Source of the DNA: Octopus vulgaris
Taxonomy: Eukaryota
Length of the DNA: 64,000 bases
Assembly: GCA_951406725.2 (NCBI GenBank)
Contig: OX597814.1
Span: forward strand, 50,840,001 to 50,904,000
Reading direction: 5' to 3'
In this document: piece after piece, positions 37,946 to 52,127 of the stretch
Layout: every line of letters begins with the position of its first letter
Position numbering within the stretch: position 1 is the stretch's first letter
Program-made: the position numbers and the translations under genes
Notes under the pieces: generated by a model
What the model was told of the DNA's origin: nothing
Seen by the model: the letters and a program-made list of their open reading frames with translations, nothing else
Databases searched by the model: none

Positions 37946-39229
37946 ATATATACATATATATACCAAATCCATAGATAAGCCTTCAGTCAGCCCAGGCCTA
38001 TGGTGGAATACACTTTTGAAGATACTATGCAGGAAGAACTGAATATTTCTTAAAATAATGTCTCCACATTTAAAATCCTCATTGTTAATAAATACTTTGA
38101 AGGAGAAAAATATTTATGGCATAACTATCCCCAATATATATTTGCAATCTTTTAAAATTATTTAGTTCTGTGCATCTTCAACTAATACTTATACAAATGA
38201 GAGTTTATTATTTAAACAGTTGTACACTGCCTTTCTTTTGTCTATGCAGACATGCAGAATTGAAACAACAATATTAAACGTTAAAAAAAGAGATGATATA
38301 AAATCATGAGCTTATGATTTAAATAAACTTTCTCTTCTGGGAAGAAATATTAAGTGAGATGTATTAAGTGTTGATTTGCTTTCTTGGTTGGCAGCTGTTG
38401 TAGTATAAATTTGATACAACATGAAAATATTTGATGAGTTACTTATGTTTAATAAAGAAAATTTGGTACATTCCTCTCAGTTTTTCTCATGTGGTTGTTA
38501 CAATCAGGCCTCCAGATATTTTGTAACAGTTTTAATTCATCTTCATTATTTTGCACTGATAAAGTTTAAAAAGCATCATTTGCAGTTGCTGCATATGAGT
38601 TCTCATATTATTTATTTTCATGTGAGAGGATTCAATCTTAGCATCAAGAAACATTGAACCACCTGCCAATTTTCCTAAGTTTGTCATTATATTTCTAAAT
38701 CACTTTCTGTCTTTTTTTACATGCTGTGCTATCTAATAAGTGAGACTAGGATTCATTGCTTCTGCTCAGACCACAACATAATATTACTGTTAAATATGAT
38801 CTTCTTGAGATCATTCAGCTGAGAGCGCTGTTAATTTTTATTAGTACTTACTAGAAAAGAAATAAATCCAGAAATTTTCTTAAATATAGAGAAAAAATAT
38901 TTTTTATAGTTAGAAATTTGAACTTCTGCAGTTTTAGTGAAACAATTACCTAAGTTCTTTTATTTATATTAAATATTTGTAATTTACTGTGAACATCATG
39001 AAATTACGTCCAGCATTGAATATAAATTGGTATTGTTACTCTAATGATGGAAGTGCTAATTGGAGTATATAGAAAATGTACATCATTTCTTTTGAATTGC
39101 AAATGGGATTAATTAGACACTTATATCTCATGTCTCTATGTTGAAAGAAAGATTCTTATCAATAAATATACCTAAGGTATAAAAATTGGTAGTAACCTAC
39201 AGGGGTGGCATATCAGGTATGCTGCTTAA

Positions 39230-39454
39230 CCCTTTTGATACCAATCTGCCTGAGACTGTCCCTTGTATTATGGTATAAATTTCCTATTTTAAAATGATCT
39301 CTAAATTATAAACCTTCATCAAAAATTTCATGTTAATGTATGTTCCAAACACCAGCTTAATAATAACAAAGTTATTTACTAAATTCTTTATCATTTTCAA
39401 AGTTAATTTAAGGTGAAGCATTGTTTTTCAGCAGAAAAATGGTAACAAAAATGG
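39230..39454. mobile_element. piggyBac-type MITE (P2-related, inverted, older)
   Basis: TTAA|CCCTTTTGATACC start. Internal aaagttattttactaaattcttt is the reverse complement of P2 sequence. Confidence 0.75.
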
Positions 39455-40829
39455 TTTTAATCTTTACCACTAAGCAGTTTTTGTTTGCCAATGTTTTATT
39501 CTATACTGAACTATAAGATATTTTTGTTGATGATATTCCATCCAGAGAGTTATACTTCCTATTCTTATAACTTAAGTTCTGGTCATTACTGCTCTAAACT
39601 AATTCAACTTGATAGCACCAAGTAATCTTTTAAAGCCTTGTTTTGATACACCATAGCTCTCTTGAGTGGAGAGTTTCGTTCACTTCAATGAATCCTTGTA
39701 TCAGTGGTTTGTATGATGTTTCTTGGAGAAATCTGTTTTGGTGTCATTTAAATGTTGTGAGGTCTTTTCCTGTCTTGGTTTCTTTTTGAATAATGTTGAA
39801 TCTAGCTGGAACAGTTTATTTACTAATCATTTTAGTAATAATACTAGTTTCTGGCCATTGTTCCACTTAGAAAAATTATTTAACTCATTCTTTTGCAAGC
39901 TGACAAGCTCTGTATGACCTGCTAGAAATAGTACCTAGACCATTATCAAATTGCATACTTCCATCTTAAATAAAGAAGGATTATATGGGGCAATGATGTA
40001 TATGTACACAAAAATAAACAAGATGGTTACTGCTGGAATGCTTTTCAGCATAGGTCTGCTGGATGAGGGCTGATCTATGGATAAACAATTACAAAAAATA
40101 CTCCAAACTTTCACCCAGATGGATGTTTTCTACATCCTAAGTCTCTCAGGCTGAGATGTATAATGAACCTTTAGGAAAAGTTAGAATAGTTTTCAAAATA
40201 AATGACCTCATGTGGGTGTAAAAATCTATGTGTATGTGTGTGTTTGTGTATGTATATATATATTGATGGATATTCCCTTGAGATATTTTACCAAACCATA
40301 TCAAAATAAAACCACATTCAATTTCATCCTGGTAAACATATCTAATGGAAATTAATACTCTTGAATTCTATTGTAATTCCTATAGGATGTTCAGTGAGAG
40401 AATAGAGGTAAAGAATAATAAAATGGAGACAGAAAACGCAATTTAATCTCTATTTCATTATTTTTTATATATTTACATTAAAGATTTGATTTTTATTGTG
40501 TGGCATGACAATCAAATTTGTTAAATAAATCATTTTTTTGTTTATTTAAATATTTGTTGTTTTTCGTTAAATAGAATACTTCAATTGAATGTTTAAACAT
40601 TCAAATTTGAACTGCTAAAATATTTTAAGTTTTTGACTTCATTTATATTATTCAGTTACAGAATTGTTACCAAATTATGAGGTATATTTTGTTTATATTA
40701 TTGTTAATTAGATTTCTAATAGTAAAAATTTAGATACTTTTATGATGTTGTCTGATGAGAATTATATTTATAGAAAGTAGATTGGTTATGGAATTGTGGT
40801 GATGGGGAATCCATTTAGATTCACCATCC

Positions 40830-40901
<72 letters not shown>

Positions 40902-43029
40902 GTATGTATAATGTTCAATTCTTATGGTCAAAAATGTTCTCTTGGTAATATTAATACAGTATGGGTTTTGTGCAATCACTACCTTTCACATGTTAGCATC
41001 AGAGTTGAACTCTGGGTCTTGAATATTAACTATTTTATCCACTTACCAACCTGACCCTCATACGCTTCTGTTTGTGTGTGTGAGAGAGAGAGAAAGAGAG
41101 TGGGAGATAGTTTAAATTCACATCCAGATATAAAAGCATTGAGCAAAAAAATAGTAATATATTGACATTCTTCCTCTAGCCCAGCATTCTCAAAGATGAG
41201 TGTAATAAAATTAGTCCCTCAAAATATAGGTAAAGTTTATGAACTGGAGGTGCTGCAAAACTCAATATGTATTCATGCCATGCTACCATGGGATAAAAAT
41301 TAATGTAAAATTTATTCATATTAATTGATAGAAGCACTGCATCATGGTAGGCTAAACAGAACTTTATAGGTGTGGCTTTTAGTAATACACATTTTTAGCC
41401 ATGCTATGAAAGCATGATTAAATTATAGGTATTTCTTTAAAGTATTTAATCTACATTGTCAAAGCTTGTACTGTCATGCAAATTAAGCAAGCCAAATTAG
41501 TTCTGTTTGTGTTTGATTATACTACAGGCAGCTCTAAGCTACTATTCTTTCTATGAGTAGGATTGAATAACTGATCTCTGAAGTGTTAATAAATATTGAA
41601 ACTAGTCAGACTGATCGCTTTTTCTGGTCAAGAGAGAAAAACTTATAGTCTAACAATGATGTTTACTTTTCACAGCATAGCTAAAATATGTTTTATGACT
41701 CGCATTATTAAATCTTTTATTTGCTTTCATATATCCAATTCTAAAACCAATTTTAATCAACTAAACTTCTTTTATTCATATTTTAAAATCATTGTTCTCA
41801 TAAAATAAAAGTCTAGTTTGAAAAATTAACTTATGTTTCTAATATTTACACATATTAAATCTGTTATGCATCTGATTCACTAGAGTAGACTACATTTGCA
41901 TTAGTCTCAGCAACAACTCTATAGCTATTTATTTTCATTAGTGAGGTATTATAGTTACATTGGAAAGCAGCAAATCTACTCAATCTCTGCATGGAGACAG
42001 TGGTATAAAGCATTAATTCTCCCTTTTATATAGAATTGAGCTAATTAGCTTCCAGGTGTTATGAGGTAAATAATTCACAACGGCAAGAATTTAGCTATAA
42101 CAATAAACAGTGTCACAAGAAACATTTATATAACAAAGAATTAACAATAGATAACTGAGGGGTCAATATAGCATATGGCCAAATAGCCTGTTTAGGTTAA
42201 GGTTCACTACAAATCATCAAATTATAGTACTTTATGTCACCCTAATTACAAAACCACATAACTTGCCACAATAGCCCTGGGGCAACCAAAACCTTGTGAG
42301 TGGATTTGGAAGACAGAAACTGAAAAGAAGCCCATAATAATGTTAATGCATGAATGTGAGTGTGTGTCATATTGTTTTTAAACAATATATATTGTGTTTT
42401 TAAACATTGTTCATCCATAAGGGATGGTATATGAACAAATATTGCCCAGGGTAAAAGACCAGTGCACAAACTGAAATTAAGGTATAAGGACTGCATCAAA
42501 AATACAGTAGAGGACAAAATCTTGGAAAATTGACAAGAAAACCTCAATCTAGCTCATTCCTCTTGAAGGAAAGTAATACATGATGGGTGATTATAAGTTT
42601 TGTTGGCATTATAGCAATTATTTTATTCAGATATTCTCATTTATTTTGGAGATGATCTTGCCTTCACAATTCTGGCCAGTGTTTCAGAAGCTGGGCTATT
42701 AAGATATAAGTCCCTGTCCAATGTATAAAATTATTATCAACATTAATTGAACTAGTTTCCTGTAGTTGCAGTCTAAAACATAATCAAGAGAATGCATCAA
42801 TATAAGCAATGGAGTTGACATATGTTATACTGTCAGCTTACATTGACCATATCCATATTCTTTGTACAGATTAAAGATAAATCCAAGAGTCTGTGATTGA
42901 ATCTAAATGGGAATTCTCATTCAAAATAAAAATAAAAAGTATGGTCTGTGGTTACACAATTGCCAAGATCAACCTTTCAGCATTTGGGTCATTAGACTCA
43001 GCAGCAATTAACTCCCTTGTTAAACCCAG

Positions 43030-43388
43030 AACTGAGTTGTGTGGTAAGAAGTTTGCTTCCCAACCACATGGTTCTGGGTTCAGTCCCACTGCAAGGCACC
43101 TGTTCTTCTACTATAGTCCCTAGCAAACAAAAGCCTTGTGAGTGGAAACACCATCTGTGTGTGTGTGTGTGTCTTTGTATTTGTCTCACCACCACCACCA
43201 CTTTACAACTGCTGTTGATTTGATCACATTCCTATAACTTAGTAGTTTGGCAAAGGAGACTGATAGAATAAGTACCAGGTTTAAAAAAGAAAAATAAGTG
43301 CCAGGATCAATTTGTTTAACTGAAACCCTTCAAGGCAGTGCCCCAGCATGGCTGCAGTCTAGTGAGTGGAACAAGTCAAAAATAAAAA
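43030..43388 (+). mobile_element. Family A SINE
   Basis: gtgtggtaagaagtttgcttcccaaccacatggttctgggttcagtcccactgc ... gcagtgccccagcatggctgcagtc. Confidence 0.87.
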
Positions 43389-45314
43389 AAATATAGATTG
43401 CTTGCTCACATCAGTTGTTGATATGACAGCATTGTTGGCATCAAATATACTCACAACAGGATTCTCAGTAAAGGAATTTTATAAATTATCAAATGCTCTT
43501 TGTTGAATAATTAGATCCAACATTTTTCTTGAACATATTTACAAATAGTTTGATTATTTCAGATTATTTTAGCAAATATCAACCATAAAAATTTGCCAAT
43601 CCTAAAATGGGATTTTATTTCTTTCTTATCAGAGGATGAAGGAATATCTAGTATTTTCTAGAACAAACATCAATCTGGAAACACACCTTCCTTTGAAATA
43701 CAAAAACCTAAAATGTTATTCTTAAAGATGAATTTCTGTGAATTGATAATTATGCCTGCACCTCTCAGGTAATTCAATGTTATCTTGGCCTTCAGGTTTA
43801 GTTACTCTTCAGCAGTTGTACACAAACTAACACAATCCTGATAGATAACTATATTTTGTATATTGTCCCATATTTTCTATTACATGTTGAATAATGAAAC
43901 CCACAGTTTTAGGCCATACATCTGACAAATAAACATTTTTGCAAAACACTAGGAAATTTGAAATTAATTTCATATTTTTATTCTAAAATTTGATGTGGTA
44001 TTGTATTGCTATCTGTCAACTGCACGTCACTGGCTGTACTCCTGCCCTGTCACCCCTACTTGTATTCTAACACTGCAGGAGTCACTTAGGTTAAACTGTC
44101 ATCACAATAATTACCCCCCTTAGTAGTCATATACACCGCTACCTTGCATGATGATAGGAACCTGACACTATAACTGTGAGACTTTTTTCAGATAATTAAC
44201 ACAATTTTATACCTCCTCACCGCCATACACAAAAATTATTGGTAAAATCTCTTAGCTTACTGAAAACAAAAATATGTTTGGTTTAGACAACAGTAATTCT
44301 GCAAAAGAACTGGTGTTGAGTACAGTGAGCTCTTTAATCCCTCTAGTTACATGATAAAATACATCCAGCAAATCACCTTTAAGTGATTGGCAATGGGAGA
44401 GGCATCTGGTTGTGGAAACTACTCTAAAAATAAAACATATAGACAAGATATGGACTCTACAAGCCACACCACAGTCTAGCCTTCTAGGAGAGCAATATCT
44501 TCAAATAAGATCTGATGCAAAGTAGAGGAAACTTCAATTCTTTTTAGTGCTACTGGCATAAAATGCATCTAGCCTTCATAGTAACAGATACACAATGTTA
44601 GGTTTCTCTGTTTGTGCATCTTGTCTAACCCATAATAACATGGAAAAATGAATGTAAAAGTGATAAAGATGAATATATGAAAATCTGGGTTTTTTGCTTA
44701 AAGAAAATTTGCTCACTTTTTCTATAAACTGTCTTCCGATAGCAATGACCAAATACAAATGATCATGTATTTAATCTTTTTTGGGAACACCTATGTTGTA
44801 TTATTTTATCTGTGAGTTTTCTTAGTGAATTAAAATGGGAGACTTTAGTTGTATAGTTTAAAATATAACATTTGTTTTTATCAAACTGGGTTTTTAGTGT
44901 GAACTGAAATATGTGTTTGTGTGTGTAAATTTGGTATTGAGCATAAAAAGCTAAGTTTGGTAGAGAGAAAACGGTAAGCAAACTTCTGTGTCTGGTGGAG
45001 GTCTGCTTGTTTAATTTCTTTACCCATTCTAGAATAGTTTTGTACATTCACTTATATAATTGTACGAATATTTAACATGTTTGTTTTGTTCATGTTAGTA
45101 TGGCTGAGTTGGTTGTATCAGAAAGCTCAAGTATTTGCATTATGTTGTTGGGCAATTTCTTTTAAGCCAGGTGTCTTTTGTAATGATAGTAAGTCAATTA
45201 AGATATGAGAATAAATGTACCAATTTTAAGTTTGGTTAATTGAAGCAAATAATGTTCAATCTTCCTTGTGTTTGGTTGAACCAATGACCTTTATAGTTTA
45301 TATTGTTCCACAAA

Positions 45315-45433
45315 TGCCCTAACCATATCACACTGACAATTCTAGTTTTCATCTGATTACCAATATTAAGCAACATTGACCCTAGTTAGAAGTTAGATGG
45401 GTGACTGCTTGGAAAACTTATGTGCCTGTTTTT
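45315..45433 (+). pseudogene. Decayed 5S rRNA copy (pseudogene or SINE3 head)
   Basis: accatatcacactgacaattctagttttcatctgattaccaatattaagcaacattgaccctagttagaagttagatgggtgactgcttggaaa aligns colinearly with invertebrate 5S (ACCATATCACGTTGAAAACACCGGTTCTCGTCCGATCACCGAAGTTAAGCAACGTCG...GGTTAGTACTTGGATGGGTGACCGCCTGGGAA). Many differences are CpG-type transitions. Ends in a T run. Confidence 0.8.
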
Positions 45434-45759
45434 AAAATAGTCAAAAGAGCCTGAACCAACAATAGCGCTTCTATGTAGTCACGCAATTCTCAAGAAATTA
45501 CAAATAGACCCTAGCATCTTACTAAAATAGAAAATAGAAAAAGGTGTAAGAGCACACCAGATTATGCAAAAAGATAGCACAGTCCTGGTTGCAATGTCTC
45601 TGATTATAAGTCAGGTTTGCTGAACCAGTGTCAACCTGGGCCCAAACATACGCAACTCATAGCTACAGAATGAAGTATTCACTATGCTCTCACTGAATCT
45701 GTCAGAAAAAGCAAGCAAGCCTCCCTCAAACCACAGCTTACCATCTAAAAATAATTTAA

Positions 45760-45979
45760 CCCTTTCGTTACTGTATTTATTTTGAGATGCTCTGTGTTTC
45801 TTTCAAGTACTTCAAATATAACAAAGAATTTAGTAAAATAACTTCATTATCATTCAGCTAGTGTTAGGAACGTAAATTGTGACTAAGGTTTGGTGGAAGG
45901 TTTTAATTCAAAACTTATGAAAGCAAGACATTTGTACTCAGATCCAGAGCCGGTTTCAGCTGGGTTGGTAACAAAAGAG
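45760..45979. mobile_element. piggyBac-type MITE (P2) nested inside a family F copy (45680-46104)
   Basis: TTAA|CCCTTTCGTTAC ... GTAACAAAAGAG|TTAA. F sequence (ctccctcaaaccacagcttaccatc / aggatattgaatgatgtag) continues on both sides. Confidence 0.88.
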
Positions 45980-46485
45980 TTAAGGATATTGAATGATGTA
46001 GATTTATATATACTTCCTGAAAACAAGATGAAGGGACCATAGCTGAAATGTCTTTGATTTTAGGTCTCTAAAATTAGAGCTGACCTGAGTCTAAACAACA
46101 ACAATCTATTATGAATGTGTAACAAAATATTTCAAAATTTGTTATAAAATATTACTTCTACTCATTCTAGAATGGGGGAAAAAATGAATTAATACCTCTA
46201 GTTATAATAAAGATTGTATTCTTAATATTCTTTGACTGGTACAAACATTCCACTAAAATTCATGTTATTTTTCTACATATCATGTTGTTGAATTTTCTCC
46301 TGTATTTTATTTTTCTAAATAATGGTATCTCAAGTGATAAATATTTCATCGTGCTTATTTTGCTTTGCATATCTCAACTTAACTTTTTGAAGCATCTTCC
46401 TTATCTTTATTCTTTAAGCTCTCTGTCTCTAGTTTTATTTTAAAACCTTGTCTCATCAAATATATATGTGTGTGTGTGTGTATAA

Positions 46486-46524
<39 letters not shown>

Positions 46525-46927
46525 CATATATACACACACACTCATAGATATACATGCACATATACATGCTCGCACACTCATACAAGTATACATGTATGTG
46601 TGTGGTATACATGTTTGTGTGTATATACATATATACTCACACATGCCCATATTTACTTATATGTATATGCATATGATATATAAAAGCAAAGAAATCATCA
46701 GCAGACAACTGAATGTTGTTTGTGATTTAAGACTCCTGCTAAGTTACTTTAACCTAGACATGGGGAAACTAGTGCGATAGTTTACTAAGTGTGCTATCTA
46801 ATACTGTTGTTAAATGACTGTGATATTTTGAAAAACTAGTGTCTCTGGATAAAATTTTATCTTTTTTTAAATCAATTAGACTAAAATAGTTCTGAATAGA
46901 TTTTGAATAAGTCTGTTTTGTGTTAGA

Positions 46928-46965
<38 letters not shown>

Positions 46966-48164
46966 TATTATTATTATTATTAACTTCTCCATTTTGAATT
47001 ATAATTTCTAACAGAAGCATTAGGCTGTAAGTTTTAGGGAAGGAAGCACCTGAGTATATTCAACACTTGTATATTAATGGTACTTTTAATGAAAAGTGAA
47101 GTTAACCTTAGCAGGATTATGAACGTCACACTAAAAAAAAAAAGTTTCAACTAGAATAAGGCTAAGACAGACTGCAAATGGCCTATAAAAGTTTGCTGAA
47201 TCACTGCTACTGAAGTTTGATGATTTTATATATTGAATACTGAACTACTGAGCAAAACCATAAGTTCAGTTCTTGTTACAGAAGCCAATGCTTTTCAAAC
47301 TAACGGATGTGGCGTACCTGGCAGAATGTGTACAATAGAAAAAAGTAAAGTACTTTGTGGTATTTAGTAGCATTCTTTTCATTCTGAACAAGGTGAACTT
47401 GCCCTTCCAGCCTTTAAGGCTTGATAAAATAAAATATTAGTCAAGTAGTGAAGTCACTTTGATTTACTGTCCCTACCGCAAAAATAATAATAATAATAAA
47501 ACATTTTGGAACAAGGCTAGCAAGTTCAGTGGAGGATACTAGTCAATTACATCAACCCCAGTACTCAACTGGTATTTATTTTAAATCCCCCTCCCCTAAA
47601 AAAAACGGATGAAAAGCAAAGTCACCCTTGTGGAATTTGAACTTGGAACATAAAGGCAGATGAAATGCTGTTAAGCATTTTGCCTGGTGCTGTAATGATT
47701 CAGTCAGCTCAACATCTTAATAATATTAATAATGATAATAATAATAATCCTTTCTACTTTTGGGGGATGGGGAGTCGATTTCTTCAACTTCAAGTACTCC
47801 ACTAGTACTTTATTGACCCTGAAAGGATGAAAGGCAAAGGGGACCTCAGTAGAATTTGAACTCAGAACATAGAGATAGACAAAATGCTGCTAAGCTACCC
47901 AGTGTGCTAACGATTCTGCCAGCTCACCACTTAATAATAATAGTAATAATGTGGCTTTGTGGTCTGTGCTCAAAATTTTTATTATATTTGTTATTCAACT
48001 GGCTTTCACAAAATTCTAATGTTAAGCACTTAAGTTAATATCAATATTTATATAGTTTTGTGCACGCGCGTGTGTGTGTGTGTGTGTGAGAGAGATCATC
48101 ATCATCATTTAATAACATTTTTCATGCTGGCGTGGGTTGGACAATATGCATGTGTGTGTGTGTA

Positions 48165-48592
48165 GGCATGGCTATGTATTCAAAAAGCTTGCTTCCCAAC
48201 CATATGGTTTGGGGTTCAGTCCCTCAGCATTGCACCTTAGACAACTGTCATCTAATATATCCTTGGGGTAACCAAAGCCTTCTCAATGGATTTGATTAAT
48301 AGAAACTGAAAGAAGCCTATCATATAAATGTATGCATGTGCGTGGTGTGTTTGTGTCACCTTGTCTTGGCATGAGGTTATAGTTATAAATGATTATCACC
48401 GTCATGCAAGCAGTGTGATTCATTTAAAATATTCTGCAAGAATATATTTGGTCAGGGAGACATATTAGTTTGCTTGGAAACAGGTGAGGATTGGTAGGTA
48501 ATAAGAAGGATATCTGGCCATAAAAAAATATCTGCCTCAATAAACTCCTTTCAACTCCTGCAACCATGGAAAAGTGAATGATTAAATAATGA
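48165..48592 (+). mobile_element. SINE with A head and E tail
   Basis: ggcatggctatg...ggggttcagtccc...gaaactgaaagaagcc, short TG linker, then an E tail ending catggaaaagtgaatg. Confidence 0.8.
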
Positions 48593-49584
48593 TGGTGTTA
48601 TATATATATGTAGAGAGAGAGAGATAGAAAGAAAGATGTTTGTATATACATGCGTGTGTGAATGCGCACACACACATATATATATATATGCCTATGTGCA
48701 TGCATATGTATATATATATATATTTATACACATGTATGTATATGTGTGTGTGTAGATATACACATGTATGTGTGTGTAGATATGCATATATATATGTATA
48801 TTTATGTATATATATACACTCATATGTGTGTGTATATATATATATACACACATACACCATGTATATGTGTGTATATACATATATATGTATATGTAAGTAT
48901 ATATCAATAAATGTACGCATACATATGTGTGTGTGTGTGTGTGTGTTAGAATGTGCACATATTCACACAACTATACATGCATACACATGCAAGCACAAGG
49001 TAGCATATGTTTTGCAGTACCTGCTGACATTACCGGGAAGGACATCAAGTTCTATGCATTCGTTTGAAAGTAAAATGAAGCTCCCCTGCTGTCTTTGGTG
49101 AAAATTGAATCTGCATTTTGGTGAAAGCTAGAATCTGCCAGTGGGTTATTTGTCAAGCAGTCACAGATGTTCAACTCCATGGGACTCCATTCACTTTTCA
49201 AAGTTCTGTTAGTTATTTGGCCAGTGGCGCCTAATACAACATACTATGTGAACTACTTTGCCACTTGCCAGAGAGCAAAATAGAATTAGAAATATTTTCA
49301 AGTAATGTAGAAAATTTGTTGACATGGAAACTCTATTCTGATATTTTTTCTTATCAATTATTTTCTTAACAAATCCATTAAACTCAAGAATAAAGATTAA
49401 TTTTCAAATAAAGACTTTTCCCCTAGTATGTTTAATTGTGAAATGTTTATTTTAGTTATAATAATATGCCCACACTTCTTTCTAAAATTGAATTCTTATA
49501 CTCCGGTTTATTTACTTATTGAATTAATTATACATGCTTCATTCTTTTTCTACCTCCCTCTCCTACTGAACGATATTTTAGATC

Positions 49585-49658
<74 letters not shown>

Positions 49659-50239
49659 CCCTGCTGTCACATTCATATTTTGTTTTCATCAAAAACTATA
49701 AGGAGCTGGACACAAACATGCGTATACACCCACAGACTGCAAAGTTCCATTAGTGCAAGGTTTATTGATTGCGGAACTGCTGCTGCTGGTATCATATGGT
49801 TGTTAGATATATGACACTAGTCATTGTTGTAACAATGGTAAAATGAGAATATCTGTCTCCAAATTCTAAAATAAAATTAAGTAAGGGTGACACAGATTGC
49901 GATATATTACTTGAGGAAAAACTTATAAAGAAATAGGCACAGACATAGCAGTGTAGTTGAGAAGTTTGCTTCACGACATGGTTCTGCTGTAGCCTCAAGT
50001 TAATCAATGCCTTGTCTGTGGAATTTGGTTGACAGAAACTATGGCAGCCTGTCACCTTTGTGTGTGTGTGTGTAAAATGAACTTTTTCATCAAGAATAAC
50101 ATACAAGTGTGACAAATGTGTGATTCTTCAACTGAATGATGTAATCATTGAATTAGCATGCAAAGTGACTGAGTATTCCATAGGCATATGTGCCCCTTAA
50201 TATGTAATTTTCTGTTAAAATCAGCATGGGTCAGTTATA

Positions 50240-50648
50240 GGCACAGGAGTGGCTGTGGTAAGTAGTTTGCTTACAAACCACGTAATTCCAGGTTCAGTCC
50301 CACTGCGTGGCACCTTGGGCAAGGATCTTCTACTATAGTCTCGGGCTAACCAAAGCCTTGTGAGTGGATTTGGTAAACGGAAACTGAAAGAAGCCTGTTG
50401 TATATATGCATATATATGTGTGTGTGTGTTTGTGTGTCTGTGTTTGTGTGTCTGTGTTTGTCCCCCCCAACATCGCTTGGCAACCGATGCTGGTGTGTTT
50501 ATATCCCCGTAACTTAGCGGTTCGGCAAAAAGAGACTGATAGAATAAGTACTAGGCTTACAAAGAATAAGTCCTGGGGTCGATTTGTTCGACTAAAAGCA
50601 GTGTTCCAGCATGGCCACTATCAAATGATTGAAACAAGTAAAAGAGTA
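50240..50648 (+). mobile_element. Family A SINE, young near-intact copy
   Basis: Complete head, linker and tail ending gaaacaagtaaaagagta; CpGs retained. Confidence 0.93.
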
Positions 50649-51712
50649 TGGCAGGTACCAAATGGCTGGACATTTGAATTAAAGGTATGGTCCATCTGAT
50701 GAGCCTCCACACAATTTCCATCTATCTAATATTACTCACAAGACTTGCTCAACATGTGATGCATTGGGACTGAACCTGATTTTTGTTATGGTTATAGAAC
50801 AAAATTCTTGATCATTTGGTCATGCCTGCATCCACTTGTATGTGTGTGTGTATGTGTGTGTGTGCGTGTGTGTGTGTGTTCTGATTGATGTAGACTGATG
50901 TGGAAAGTTGAGTTGCTTCATGTCAAAGTTTAACTTAGCAGTTCAATAAATAGAAATCAATAAAGTATTGGTGTCAATATGATTGACTAAAACTCTTGAA
51001 GGCCATGCCTCAGGCTAACTACATCCCAGTGACTGAAGTATCACTCTCAACAAAACAAACTAACTTCTTACTGCATAAATCAGATACAGCTACTCAAATG
51101 TTCATTACCCTCAAGTGCAGAAAGCAGCTTTATATACCAATCTCTCTTTTGTTGAGGAATGTCATGTGTTTGAAACTATTATTTTGTTGACATATGTGAA
51201 CTTTCTTGAGGCAACGTGACTTACGGAAAATACCAATTCTATTGTTTTGCTAGATGTTTAACATCATAACTGGAATAATCATGAAATCTAAATTCACAGT
51301 TAAAGAGTTCATTAGAAATTTGTTAGATACCACATTTCTCATTTAAAAGATTAGATTTTGGATAGAACTTCCTACTCTAGATCCATCCAATTCGAGAAAT
51401 ATGTAAACTAGTATAAAAGATCAACTCTTCTCTGTTATGATAGAGCTAAACAGATTTAATTCCCTATGATGAATCTGAACACAATTTTTGCTGGCATTAA
51501 TAATATTTATAATTTCATTTAACCACAAGGAACAGAAATCCTGATATGACAGCTGCCACATTTTATTCTTAATTTTTTTCTTTCTACCAAACAATACTAG
51601 ATACTTTGAATAAACCAAACAAAAATTTAATAAATTATCAGTGAGTTGATAAATTAAATCTTCAATGGAAATTTCATAATAACATGATAACTACAAGATT
51701 TAAGTGCTATAG

Positions 51713-51777
<65 letters not shown>

Positions 51778-51942
51778 TAGATAGATAGATAGATTAAATT
51801 TGTTTATGGGAAGCATTTTGAATATGCAAATAAAGCTCCTGTTCTATAATGTCAGCCTCAGTCTAAAGATGCTGACTGGTGAACCAATAATTTGGGGTTG
51901 CATCGAGCTGTACCGATATAATGTAGGATAAATATAATAATA

Positions 51943-52096
51943 ATAACAATAATCTTTGGATGGAATTTATAAACATTTAGTGCATTGCCATGCATGTTTC
52001 CACAAATCACGTGTCTTTTAAGAGACACGTGATTTGTGGAAATGTGTGTAGCGGTGCATTAAATGTTTAGAAATTCCATCCAAGGATTGTTGTTAT
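51943..52096. repeat. 154-bp spacerless palindrome centred on TT|AA (52019/52020)
   Basis: 77-nt arms pair base by base with 12 non-Watson-Crick positions (counted by eye). Confidence 0.92.
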
Positions 52097-52127
52097 CGTT
52101 GTTGTGTGTGTACAGGTGTGGCTGCGT

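Noticed and set aside
45315-45433. Functional 5S rRNA gene
   Set aside because: Too many substitutions, CpG decay, unpaired termini, and not in a tandem array.
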